Assembly: GCA_973895155.1 (NCBI GenBank) | Contig: OZ316899.1 | Span: 16,581,974 to 16,645,973 of the forward strand | DNA length: 64,000 bases | Origin: Marsupella aquatica | Lineage: Eukaryota; Plantae; Marchantiophyta | Direction: 5' to 3' | Part shown: piece after piece, positions 37,435 through 49,636 of the stretch | Numbering within the stretch: the first letter of the stretch is position 1 | Layout: each line of letters starts with the position of its first letter | Made by a program: the position numbers and the translations under genes | Notes under the pieces: model-generated | Databases searched by the model: none | What the model was told of the DNA's origin: nothing | Seen by the model: the letters and a program-made list of their open reading frames with translations, nothing else

Positions 37435-39141
37435 GCATTTCTTAAGCCGTGAGATATGAAGTTAGGAAGGAAGCGTAGGTAATGACTAAACCTACGCTAA
37501 GGGAGGAAAGAGCAATTGAACGGGAGAGAGCTCGTCTGCAGCAGCTCGCCGGGTGGCATGATACACAGCAACTGAGAGTGGCAGAAAGAGCTAGTAGCTC
37601 CGTATTGAAAGTGGCATCGAAGAAGAAATACCAGAAGAAGAGTCGGTAAGGAGAAGTAAGTCCCCAACCGACATGGGGGAACCGGAGGCACGGCCAGAAG
37701 AGAGGCCAGGAACCAGACTAAGCCAACGGTCGCGCATTCATTACAAGGCATTCCATGGAAGAGGAGATGAGGATCCGGACAAATGGTTGGATGACTTTGA
37801 GGGAACCACTGCAGCAAATGGAGAGTCAGCCATCAAGATGCAAATTTTTCCCGGCCTGTTCAAGGGTGAGGCTAGGCCGTGGTACAGAGCATTGGATGTG
37901 GAAGATCAAGCCATCTGGCATACCTTCAAATCACTATTTGTTAAGGAGTTTTGACCCATTGGAACCTCAGAGCTAGCAGTGCTGAAGTTGGGACGACTTC
38001 GGTTCAAGGAGAACAAATCTTTCAGGAAGTTCTTGCAACGCTTCCAAAAGCTGGTAAGACGTACAAAGACCAATGCATGTGAAGGTATGCAACTTCAATG
38101 GTTGGTGAATGCTTTGCCATAGAAGATGAGTTTTGCAATTAGGAAGGAGAATCCAGAGACTTTAGCCAAGGCAATTAGAGATATTCAATTGTACATTAAT
38201 GCAAATATCACAAGCCGAAAGAAACAGCTCAAGTCTGAGAGTGTCACGTCGTAGGCTTCGGCCTTAACTCAGACTTCAGCTTAGACGGGCACATCCCTTG
38301 TAAATCTGAGGGTTCGGGCAGGAAGGGAAGCACGTAATGCACCTTATTCTCGTAAACTAGCGCTAAGTGCGCATACTGCTAAATACGGACACCTCCTAGG
38401 TATGGTTTGTGTTCCGCCGCCGGAACGTACCTTAGTCGATAGCAGGATCGACCCCGGCTTAAGGGCTTCTAAGCCTTCGTGCTGTCCGCCTTCGATCCGG
38501 ATTCGATGATACAGGTCCTCAACCCGTGCTCGCAACCACTTACCCGCAGGCTGCACCCTGTGCACGTCTCGGGTAGTGCGTTCGGCCTGGCGCTGCCACC
38601 CATATACGAGAAGCCCACACACATATGCGCACACATGCATACAATCTCGATTTACACGAAGGAAAATGATGGGAAAGGATTTTACTACAAAGGGAACATA
38701 TGCGTACACTTAGTTGACACGACAGCCCTGGAATGCACAGGTTCAAGGCCGAGGGTGCACACTACAATGGAGCCCGGCTCCGCACTCGCCCGGCGAGCTT
38801 AGTCCTACCCCCTCCCCTTGGTACTCTGTCATTCCCAGAGGTCGGGACTCCCCGCATGTCCCGTGGATGTTCGACTCTGAAACTAAACCCCCCCCCCCTT
38901 GCCTCTACCGAGGGGTGCACTAAATACTAAGAGCCGAGGAACGGGGTGTCCTCTCGCCAAAGATTCGCTGACTAAGGTCCTAACTAAGCTGACAGTCAGG
39001 CCGGAAAACGGCTGTGTCTTATTAGAAGATCCTAATCTATGCAGGCTGGACAGTAGGGCAGCGCTGCTGTACCTAAGGCAGGTGCCTGTCCCAAGAGCCT
39101 GACTAAGCCAATCCTAATCCTAATCTATTCCTACTCCGCCG

Positions 39142-41346
39142 CTAATGCCTGGCACGCTTGCCAGAGCCGCCCGAATGGGAACGGCCATCCCGCTGCCTTC
39201 GAAGCCTGTCATTGTCCGCTTTGAGGAGCTGGACCTGGTCCAGCAGAGATTCGTTCTCTCGCCTCGCCGTGTCCGTCTCCTCTGCTGCCTCCTGACATGC
39301 CTCCTCCAGCTGCTGGGCGTCGCTCGTCAGTTTACTCGCCAGCTGGTCCTGCTTCTCGGCCTCGGTTTGGAGCCACGCCATCTCGGCCTGCAGCGTGGCT
39401 ATCTCCGTCGCGTCCCGCTGGGCTCGCTCCTCGGCCTCCTCCAGGTCTTTCTGCCAGGTGACAGCTTGTTTCTTCAAACTGTCAATCTGGTTCTGGAGTC
39501 GTGTAATCTCGGCCTCGTTCCCAGCTTTGGCCTGTTCGGCTAGGGCGGTAAGAGCGTACGCCTTTGCTAACAACTCATCGGCGGCTGCAACCTTGGGTCG
39601 TAGTTGCAGAAGCTCAGCCTCTTGAGCCACCACTTCATTCTTTAGGTACACGGACTCCACCCGGTACCGCTCTATCCTCTGAAGGGCCTCCGACTGGGCC
39701 CGACCTGCCTTTACGGCGGCAACCAACTCCTGATTGAAGAAACAGGCTACCTTCCGGGCCATGAACTCCCCGGTATCCCGGGCAATTTGATGAGAGAAAT
39801 CTCCCAGAAGCCCGTTCAGAAACGTACCCTGTACGAAGAGTTCCGGGTGGTCCAAGTTGTGCCTGTCCGGATTTGGGCACGGGCAGACATCAACACGCGC
39901 AGGGGCCGGGGCAGTGACGTCCAGCCCTGGGGACATAACGTTGGAAGGGGCTGGAGTGTCCTCCTGCAGCGATGTCCGGTTCTCCGGAATTGCCACCGGC
40001 GGGTCCTTGGGAGACCCGGGTTCGGGTAAGACCTCTGCCGTACCAACTTCTGTACTTAGCCCGGCTAGTTGGGTCGCATCAACGGTTGCGACGACCGACC
40101 CCTCCGGCGCCTCCTCGGTTACGATTACAGCTATTTGTGGAGGTGGGGTGGGTGAAGCTGGCGTGTCCACTGGACTTCGGGCCTCGGGTTGGGGCCGTCT
40201 CTCCAATGCCGGAAAAACCCACCTAGCTGGGACCAGCTTTGTAACGTTGATGCGGGGAAGGGTTCGTCGATCAAACCGGGCGTACCACTCAAGAATGATT
40301 TCGATATGGCTAGCAAAATACGCCTTCCCGCCAATGTACAGCGTCTTCCTTTGCCGCTCCATCTCTTCATGGAATTTCTTAGCAAAGTACGACGCCCATT
40401 TCCTAGGTCGATAGTTCTCGACCTGGATAACCTGGGCGGCGGAGATCTCCCCCCGGGGTTCCATCATGTGGAGAGCGTACCTCTGGAACTCCAGCCGCTC
40501 AGCTATCTCGGGCATGAGGCAGGTCCTCATCACGAACCCGTTGTCTACTGATCCCTCTGAGGGAAAACTTGAAGATTGGTACTTGGCCCCCTTGCCCCCG
40601 GGAGCCCGTGATTCGACTCGATGGTCACCTTCGGGTAACCCGAAGATCATCTTGAGCCGTTCTTCTGTGAGGGACATATTCCTTCCCCGCAGCCGAGTCT
40701 GTTGACGTACGTTGTCATAATTCTTGACGAATTCTGTCATGTCCTCCCCGTAGTACCTGCAAGTGTTCCAGGGGAGAGAGGTGAGGTGCTCAAATCCCTG
40801 AGTCTTCAGGTACACCGCATGCTTGGGATGGAGGATGTTGCTATGAACGTTTTCCCCCATGCGATGCATCGTCACCTTGGCTATGGCTACCGTGGCCAAC
40901 GGTAACCCGGATGCAGTGGCGGATTCCTTCCTCTTCTTTCCCCGTGACTGACTCGGGGAAGGTGATACTTCCCCATCCTCCCGATCGGGCCTGGGGAGTG
41001 CCACTGCGGTTGGTAACGGGCCCGGGGCGGCCACGGTCACTATGTTGTCTGCTGGGGCCGCTCCTGGGGTCAGAGCAGGGGGTGGGGACGATATAGTGTC
41101 GGCCCCCCGCGCGCTTGTTCCTCTGGGCCGCCTGGTCAAGGGTGGGGTAGCCTCGTCGTCATCGCTAAGATCCACAGCGTTGATGACAGAGCGTACCTGT
41201 GCTGGCTGGGTGATAGGTGGTGGGGTTTGGCTAGGCTGCGGCTGAGGCTGAAGCTGAAGTTGAGGCTGGGGTTGCATGGGCACGGGTACGGGTACGGGTA
41301 CAGGTCCGGCTGAGTTGGTCATGTTGGTTGATGGCCGAGTTCCCAT
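39142..41346 (-). CDS. Plant-mobile-domain/Transposase_32-like plus coiled-coil protein, 734 aa
   Basis: Uninterrupted ORF. Pro/Gln-rich N-terminus, KKRK NLS-like motif, globular core GFEHLTSLPW...EFVKNYD...TRLRGRNMSLTEERLKMIFGLP, and a C-terminal heptad coiled coil. The domain name is an inference. Confidence 0.8.
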   Translation of the reverse strand: MGTRPSTNMTNSAGPVPVPVPVPMQPQPQLQLQPQPQPSQTPPPITQPAQVRSVINAVDLSDDDEATPPLTRRPRGTSARGADTISSPPPALTPGAAPADNIVTVAAPGPLPTAVALPRPDREDGEVSPSPSQSRGKKRKESATASGLPLATVAIAKVTMHRMGENVHSNILHPKHAVYLKTQGFEHLTSLPWNTCRYYGEDMTEFVKNYDNVRQQTRLRGRNMSLTEERLKMIFGLPEGDHRVESRAPGGKGAKYQSSSFPSEGSVDNGFVMRTCLMPEIAERLEFQRYALHMMEPRGEISAAQVIQVENYRPRKWASYFAKKFHEEMERQRKTLYIGGKAYFASHIEIILEWYARFDRRTLPRINVTKLVPARWVFPALERRPQPEARSPVDTPASPTPPPQIAVIVTEEAPEGSVVATVDATQLAGLSTEVGTAEVLPEPGSPKDPPVAIPENRTSLQEDTPAPSNVMSPGLDVTAPAPARVDVCPCPNPDRHNLDHPELFVQGTFLNGLLGDFSHQIARDTGEFMARKVACFFNQELVAAVKAGRAQSEALQRIERYRVESVYLKNEVVAQEAELLQLRPKVAAADELLAKAYALTALAEQAKAGNEAEITRLQNQIDSLKKQAVTWQKDLEEAEERAQRDATEIATLQAEMAWLQTEAEKQDQLASKLTSDAQQLEEACQEAAEETDTARRENESLLDQVQLLKADNDRLRRQRDGRSHSGGSGKRARH

Positions 41347-41888
41347 GAAGCTCTACAGGTGCTGGTAGAAGTTCTCCGAAGCGAGTGCGGACGCCCTTGT
41401 CGAACGGTTGGTACTGGACTCGCCGTTAATGACAGCCCGAACCTGGGCAGGGATGTGGTCGAAGTGATGTCGCTGCAGGTCGATTGTACCCGGGATATTG
41501 AAGACCTCGTCCGGAAGCCGAAGCAATGCTTCCCAGAACCTGATATATTTGTCTCCGTTGAAGAAGTACCCAGATACCTCAGCTGGTCGGTAAAGCTCGC
41601 TCTGAGACGGGTAGTCAAAGTTAAGGACGTAGTGGTGTCATCCTGCTAGGCGGATGGCTCTCTCGTATTCGCGTTCGATCTCGTATCGGCGCGGGTTGGC
41701 GTGTTTCAATGAATCGGCCAAGTGCCTTCCGGTAGATAGGAACTGCGTCCAGAATCGAATGGCCGAGCTGGAGAGGATCGTGTGCGACATTCAGAGGAGA
41801 TAGTAGTGGCGACCTAGAGAGAACGAGAGAGCTGGGGTCGAAGCTGGCGCACGGACTGATGGACTGGTGCACTACAAAGGGTTGGCTC

Positions 41889-41900
41889 CCCTTTTATACT
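41889..41900 (-). promoter_or_regulatory. Candidate TATA box of element B
   Basis: The minus strand reads AGTATAAAAGGGG ~360 bp inside the element's 5' end and ~550 bp upstream of the ORF. Confidence 0.5.
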
Positions 41901-43443
41901 TTGAGGGCTTGTCGATCCCCGACGTCTCCTCGACGCCCATAGGTTGAACCGCTCACGCTTGTGGTGTACCGGCCACTCCGCCGGTCTGAGTCAGCGTGCG
42001 TCAGTGGCCGCTTCCTTAAGTTCGTTATACGGACCCGAGGGAGGGGCCCCTCCACGCTCGTAACCCGGGTGTGCGAATAGCGACCCGCCGCCAGCCCGAA
42101 CCTGAAGTCCCCCTTATTGCCTAATGATGTCCTACCCCTAATGATTACCTAAATACTGTCGTTATGCTAATAATAGCGGCCTAAGACCCACCTAACGCGC
42201 GTGCCGAGCGCAGTTAGACTGAATCACTCATTAACCGCCGTACCGGCGGCGTCACAGAGAGTTCCTCATCGAAGGAAGGATCACCCCATAAGAAAAAAGA
42301 TAAGAAAAAGAAACATTCTAAGAAGTCAAGAAGTGATAACTCAAGCTTGGATAGTGGAAGTAGCAAGAGTGAGTCATCTTCTAGTTCTGAAGAAGAAAAA
42401 TCTAGGGAAAAGAAAGGCAGAAGGAGGGGGAAGTTGAAAGTCAAGCTAGAGGCTAAAACGCCAGATAACATCGTAGCTCTTACCAAGCAGCTTAAGGCTA
42501 TAATAGCAGAGGTAAAGGCGAAGAAGAAAGTAGTACTGGATTATAGCTCTGTATGGTGTGCCTTACGTTATAAAACCGGACACCATAAAGATGCATGTCC
42601 TAAACTCAATACTAGTCATGTTTGGCATGTAGCTGAGGTCAGACCATGTGAGGGAGAAGTAGAGTACTTTCTAGGGGATGCCGCTGATAGTGTTTTTGGG
42701 ACCAGTGAGACTGGAGCACGAGACCTATCCATCCAACCTGCATCTCTCTGGTCAAGATTAAGGAACAATCCGGGAGAGATGTATCCTCGGATTATTTAGA
42801 ATCCGTCAGTACCTCCTAGGCCGAATGTGCAAAGATTTGCGTCATGCTATAATTGTGGTCAACCTGGCCATTTTGCTAGAGAATGCCCAAATGCACGCAA
42901 ACAAGGTGATGGACAACCAGCTCAGCTATGTATGGGATGCCGACAGGAAGGTCACATGCTAGGACAATGCCCCACTTGGTTGGCAGGACTGGCCGCAAAT
43001 CATAAGCTCTTGCCGGTCAAGGTCTTGCCACTAGGTACTACCCCAGGTGGAGTTCAAATCAACCACATTGAACTTGGATGGCAAACGGATGCCGAGGCAG
43101 AGTTTGGACCATCCAATGATGAGGCCGAGGCCCTATCAACATTCTCAGAAGAGGATTTGGACCATGATTGCTACCGGGTCTCTACTCGATCCACCAGAAG
43201 GAAGGAAAGGTGGGATGGGCTGGCAAAAATAAAGGGAAGGTTAAGGAAGAAAGGATTGACTCTTCGTCAACATCAACGGAAGGAAAGGCGCCGGCAACAC
43301 AGGTAAGCCATGAGCTCACCAGTGACCCCAATCCTTCACAGGACAACGACTTCAATCAAGACCACCCTAAGTTGTTCTACCCCTCTATTATGGCTAGTGT
43401 TAAGGAGCAACTTTGAGAATTAGAAACCCTGGAGAATACCGAA

Positions 43444-43608
43444 GCCATAGCCAAGGATGTGAAACAAGCAAAAGCATTGTTTGCTTCGGAAGATCCGACG
43501 CCTATGGAAACTAGTGTGAAACAAGCCATAGCCAAGGATGTGAAACGAGCAAAAGCATTGTTTGCTTCGGAAGATCCGACGCCTATGGAAACTAGCATGA
43601 AACAAGCC
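43444..43608 (+). repeat. 81-bp (27-codon) in-frame tandem duplication between gag and protease
   Basis: gccatagccaaggatgtgaaac...gaaacaa occurs at 43444 and 43525. Confidence 0.9.
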
Positions 43609-45372
43609 AAAGCCAAGATGGAGACACCGCCAGAAGAGAAACCAATAGTCCCCTATGACCTGGCTAAAGATGTATTAGAATCTAGAGTCTCGGCAACAGT
43701 AGTAGATCAACTGTTGAAAAATAGCCCGTACTTTCAAAAACAGTTAAGGAAGGCAATTCTTGGCAAGCCGAGATTACCCAAGGTAGCAACCAGATCCAAC
43801 GTGATGATGATAGAAGAAGATCAAGGAGCCCCAGCATTACCATTAATGATTCAAGGAGAAATATTACTACGGGTACCCATCGATGGAGGATCAGGGGTAT
43901 GTATTATGATTGATTCAACAGCAAAAGGGTGGGGTCTAACGCCGGAGATGACTGGAAGAGTGTTGAACATGGCCAATGGGTATCAGGTCATTCCCACGGG
44001 AGTGTTAACCGGCATCAAGACTAAGATAGGAGGTATCTTCTTTAGCATTAACTATGTAGTAATGAAGCCGGTAAAGCCTACATCATTTTGACTATTGATT
44101 GGCAGGCCATGGCTGTACCTAGCCAAGGTAATAGAGGATTGGGGTAAGAAGGAGTTCACTTTTGGGACCCCCTCTATCACGGTATCCTGGGACACCAAGG
44201 ATGATTGTAGGAGAAGCATCAGGGAGGTAGACGGGTACGACAGTGGACTGGAGTCAGCCGATGAGGTACATTGGCTAGAATGCCTCACTGACCTAACCGA
44301 AGAAAGTGTCTTTGGACCAGAAGTACCCCCTAGCGGACTATGGCAAGAACCTATGGAGAGTGACTTGGAGGAATGTGAAGAAGAAACCAAGGATTGCTTT
44401 GCCATAGAGTCCACCTTTTTAGCTTCAATTCCGGAGGAAGCACAAGAGGTGGACCAGTTGGATGAAACGGCTAAGTGGGGAGCTGCACCAGAGACAGTGG
44501 ATTTTCCTCAGGCATTGTGGCAGAGCCGGCAGGATCCACAACGCCGTCTATCATCGGCAACAAATTAAATACCAAGGGATTGGCTTACAAGCCAATCACA
44601 AGGGCAGAACAAATTGAGGCCCTACTAGAAGCCGGAAGAGCACAGCGGCCTCACCCTCAGGAAGCAGGAATGGATGAGATGCACAAAAACAATCCAGAGC
44701 CGAGCCAGGATGGGGAGCCGACCACCAATTCAAAACCAAATAGACCGGCAAGGGAGCAGTCTGCAGATAACAAGGAAGAAATCAAGTCAATCGACTCGGC
44801 TAGTACAGCCAAGATTCCAGTTTATGGAGGTATGAGACTGGAGAGGCTGGAAGCCGAGCTAGACCCAAATTTGAAGAAGCAGATTAATATGATCCAAGCA
44901 CGACAATATTGGAAGCTCGACTTAGGAGAAGGAAGGGAACTAAACTTAGGGCGGGACCTAGCACCTGAGCTTGAGAAGGAGATCAGTGAATTACTGGTTG
45001 AATTTCAGGATGTGTTTGCATGGAGCCACCAAGACCTGAAGGGAGTAGACCCAAAATTAGGAGAACACCAAATTGATCTAATGTTAGGGGCCAAATCATT
45101 TTGACAACCAATTTGAAGGATGAACCCTAAGTATTTCCTGATGGTCAAAGTTGAAATCGACAAGCTAGTGGAAGCTAGATTCATCACTCCAGTCCTACAC
45201 TCAGACTGGGTATCTCCAATTGTGATAGTTCCCAAGAAAGCTGGACCCGATGGTAAACCCAAGATCCGGGTTTGTCAGGATTACAGGAAGTTGAATGAGG
45301 CTACGTTGAAAGATCATTTTCCTTTACCCTTTACCGATATGGTACTAGACATGGTAGCCAGTCATGAACTAT
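43459..45372 (+). pseudogene. pol: Gypsy pol, part 1: aspartic protease, spacer and RT N-terminus
   Basis: IDGGSGVCIM, LLIGRPWL, EFQDVFAWS, WVSPIVIVPKK, RVCQDYRKLNEATLKDHFPLPF; contains stops and frameshifts. Confidence 0.92.
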
Positions 45373-46273
45373 CACTAGTAGAAACCGGGGGGTATTTAGA
45401 CCCCATTAAACGACTATTCAATACCGTATAGGACTTGGAAACGACTGGGAAGGACTCTAGTCCTTTATAGGACTGCGAGTCGTATGTTTTGTTACTATAA
45501 TCAACTGAGTCCTTTATAGAACTGGTTTATAAGTCGTTTAATAGACTGGATTTTCAGTCTATTTTAGTCTTTGTGTGGGTAGCTTTGGTGAGTCTTTTTC
45601 AGTCTTTTATGGGCTGCGATGGTGAGTCGTTGGGAACAACTCAAAAGGTTATGGAGGGTAGTCTTTAAATATACTTTGTGGGTTTATAAAATGACTAAAG
45701 TAGACACTTTGTGGGGGTTTATAAAACGACTAAAGTAGACACTTTGTGGGGTATGTACAAGTCTTTCATGTCAACTGGAAATGAGTGATGAAGACCCCAC
45801 TATACTACTTGGAATGAACTCACTCTTGTGCACAAATAACACATTTCATTCATGTTTTATTGTGTACTTGGAATGAACTCACTCTATAAGGTCACCATTC
45901 ACCATGTTAACATTAGAACCTCACACAAATTTTCAGAAAGCCATCTTCTATACCATGTACACTAATATGAATTCACAGATTCAAACATCATAGACTACAA
46001 AGAAGGTCACAAAGCATTCGTCTATACCATACACACTAATACTGAATTGATACAAAACAGATTCAAGTATCATAGACAATCACCATAGAGCCATAGTTTG
46101 ACATCAATCACTTGTTTCATACATACAGAATTCAGAAATATCAATGTCACACACAACGGCTCCTTCATCCTCTTTACCAAATGGAAAAATTGGTACAGAT
46201 ATTTCTTGGATTTTTCCAAGGCAATGTCAAAATGTAACACAATTCACATGATTCTATCTACACTTGTATTCAG

Positions 46274-49200
46274 TCACTGCAGACTAACACACTCTGATGG
46301 CCAGAGCACAAGAGATCCTACTGCATCTGCAATTATTTCTTGAGGTGGATCATCGTCTCTATTCGGAAATGGCAAATTACAATCAGATACAATCACTGTA
46401 GTCAACAACACTACTACATGGTCATCCGGGACCACTTTGCCATGGAATTTAGCATGATCCGGTCACAAAATGCCTGTACCCACACATACCTGCGAGTCAT
46501 TCTCCCATGATAGAAGATTATGGACTGGCTCTGCTGTGGCTATCACCTCCACCTTACCCTGGCTGTTTTTCTTGGCTTTCCTGGGTGGCTTATACATGAC
46601 ATTATTCATACCTTGGTTGCGAGTCATGACTTTGGCACGAGTGTTTTGTGCTGGTGATCGAGAATTGGCTACACTCTTCTTCAAAGAATCTGCATCCATA
46701 TTTGACACTTCCGATTGTGTAGCAGGATTTCCCTGCGACATCATCTCAGTATCTGCTAACATTGTACTTGCTTCAATTGAAGCATCTACAATCTTACTTG
46801 CATCCAATGTTGCTCCCAAGTTTCGACGTCGCTTCACCCTGCTCCCACTTGGTTGAGAGTCTGTCAACTCTGCATCAACTACAATTCAATGCATTGTCCA
46901 ACATAAGTGAATCACTCATCACATGTGCGCCATGTACATGTCACCATCCACAAAGTTGTCACTATCTCCTTACCATTATGAACAGCCTTCTTCCCCTTCT
47001 TTGCCATTGCCATATCCTCCATGTCTGCTTCTGCTGATCAATAAACAGACCACAAGATTCAGGTTCAATCTATTAACCACTGAATTGTTTCTCAACAATG
47101 GTAGGAGAGGAATTTAAAGCATCAGCTTACCTGATACCTCCTTGGCTATGGTCACTGAGGCACTGGGCACATCTTTTTCATTGCTCTTTGAATCACCTGA
47201 TACATCAATCATGATGTCACTTCAATTCCCAGTTTATCCAACCAATTCTTACAGAAAAGATTACCTCCAACCGGCTTAAGCTTCACAAAACTCCATGCAC
47301 TTTTCAAATGTAATGTACTGGATCATAGCAGGTTACCTGTCTCAGCAACCTTTTTGCCATTCTGCTTACCGATTACAGGGTCCAGGTTCTCTGCCTCCAC
47401 TCTTCCTGCATTCAAACCATTCACTCAATTCATGAAAACTTACTTCTAACATTTGAACATAGGACACAATGAACAATGGGCCTCTCTTGTTTCAAAATCC
47501 TCATTGCATACCTGTGTCAGATTTGCCAATTCCCTTTTTTGTTAACAAGGGCACACTTTGTACAATGTTGCCCTCATTGTTTGGTTGGGAACCACCCAAT
47601 TTTTCAATCACAAGCTTGAAATTAGATTCCACTGATGCAAGAAGGTTCGCTACAGATGCCTCCACAATATCCAAACGATCAGCCAATTTACTTTCCACTC
47701 GAGGGAGTCCACACTCTAATGACTTCAACCGTTCAGACATCTTTGTGAGAGTTGTAACAGTTCCCTGTCATAACACAGTTTACATATCTCAGATAATTGT
47801 CCCCAAGAACTGGTTGCTTACTTCCTACTACAATTCTTTCTGATGCTCAAGGCCAAATAGTCACAGAACATATAGAATTACAACATAATCACCTGTTTGG
47901 AAGTCACACTTGTCACCTCACTCCTTTGTTTCATGAACTCCTCTCTCACTTCTTGTGCTGATGGTTCTTCACCTGTCAATTTCTTCTGCAGTCCACATCA
48001 ACATACATATGAATGAAACCAAGTGTTGATTGTCAATGAAAATGTAATAATGGTAGCAAGATGATAAGTTTGAGGCTTACTATTAGGCATGTCACTGCCT
48101 TACCAATTGTTCTTTCACTGGAGCATAACTTCCTCTCCCAGCCTGTGAAAGGTGTTTCACTTTGCCTCGAGCATTTGACATCAGTTCACTCTTGCTCTGT
48201 CCAGCCTCCGACATGAACCCTTTGATTAACCGTGTCCATTGATCCAGTTCCAATGATGGGGGTGGTGGCATTCTCCTGTTAGAACCATTGTCTATCCACA
48301 TCCTTTTCAACCTATGCCTCTCTTGTTTCAAAATCCTCATTGCATAATCTGATATGCAATCTTCAACTGGGCCCTTACCATCATTACCAACATAGTCCCA
48401 CCGTTCAAGAATGTCCTTGCAGATAGCAGCCCAATCAGCTTTGTTCTGACTCCTAAACTCTGTAATGCTCAAATCTAACCAACGCAATACTTCTCCTCTT
48501 AGGTCAGAATGCCAACGGTTCTTACCATCACATGTGGGAGTTATCCAACCTTCGGAATTCACTTCTACTTTACCAAATTTGTTACTGTCTCCTGCCTTGG
48601 TACTCCCTGAAGCGCTACTAGGTGTCCCTCCACGGCCTGGTGTCCCCCCACGGCCTGGGGTCCCTCCACGGCCTGATCTCCCCCCACGGCCTGGATTGCA
48701 TTGTCCAAACCTCCCTGGAGTCCCTGCACATTTACAGGATCCATTTACAGTCACTTACATTAGGTAAGTATGAATCATAAATCCTGCTGCCAAATATACA
48801 CTGGACTTCAGAGCAATTCTGCAATGACCAAGTTACCTCTCCCTTGGCGCATAGATGGTTCTGGACCACCTGTCCTATTGCTTTGTCTTGATGAATTAGG
48901 GCCGTTTCTCCCGCCTGTGAATGATTGCCGCCTATCTGAACGTGGATGGCCTTTGTTGTTTTCGTGATTGTCCCAATCAGAGTCTGCATACCAACAGGTA
49001 CATGCCACACTCATGGACCTGTAAGATAAACTCTTTGCCCTAGCTACACATGAGATAAGTCCATATTGAGCTAAATCTCTACTACCATCACAAAATCACT
49101 AGCACAAGGCACTTACTTGTCCAATCATCCTCCTCACCTGTCCATTGCCCTCTGTACCCGTCTCTACCACGCTCTGGGTGTTCATATTCATCCCATCCAT

Positions 49201-49459
49201 CTTCTGCTCCATCATAGTCATCATCATAATTATCAGGCGTCCCTTGCCAATAACTCTGGCTCCTTCTAGGGTATGGATTATGTGATTTCTCTCTAGCTGC
49301 CCACCTACCTGGGACTTGATGAGGGCCCTGTGCATCCTGCACAGGTGCATTTTTCTGTGAGCCCCCTGCATCTGGGTCTCCATCCATATCCAATCTTTCC
49401 TCTTCACCCCACTCTCCAAGCCCCATGTCTGTCTCCATGTCATCACCCTCTTCCCCCAT
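46274..49459 (-). pseudogene. tnpA: CACTA ORF2 / TnpA-like gene, copy 3
   Basis: Homologous to 14836-17950; premature TGA at 46463 (CGA in copy 2). Confidence 0.65.
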
Positions 49460-49636
49460 AGCTTCTGCACAGCACCCACAACCAAACAGGGAGAATCAGC
49501 ACACTAAATTCAAAGTATCAATCAATTTCATGCATATCCAACTATCCTAAACATCATTCCAGGCAGCAATTCCCGTTCTGTGACTCTGTGCAGGTAGTCA
49601 TCCTCAACCTCATACTTGCCAATCGCCAGCTGTTGC

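Larger units (their letters stand above)
38242..42256 (-). mobile_element. Solo-LTR-like element B (4,015 bp), GC/CpG-rich, containing an intact 734-aa ORF
   Basis: Begins TGTCAC and ends GTCACA; 5-bp TSD GAGAG at 38237-38241 and 42257-42261; no terminal repeats and no gag/pol; inserted in the host gag. Confidence 0.88.
37673..43420 (+). pseudogene. gag: Gypsy gag (pieces 37673-38241 and 42262-~43420), degenerate
   Basis: FHGRGDEDPDKWLDDFE...GEARPWY...WHTFKSLFVKEF (retrotransposon gag); knuckles CYNCGQPGHFAREC and CMGCRQEGHMLGQC; several stops. Confidence 0.88.

Noticed and set aside
39145-41649. Many plus-strand ORFs overlapping the 734-aa ORF
   Set aside because: They are antisense shadows of a GC-rich coding sequence.
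38242-42256. DIRS, Ginger or TRIM/LARD identity for element B (and A)
   Set aside because: There is no tyrosine recombinase, RT or integrase, no TIR beyond a few bases and no paired LTRs; a solo LTR fits best.
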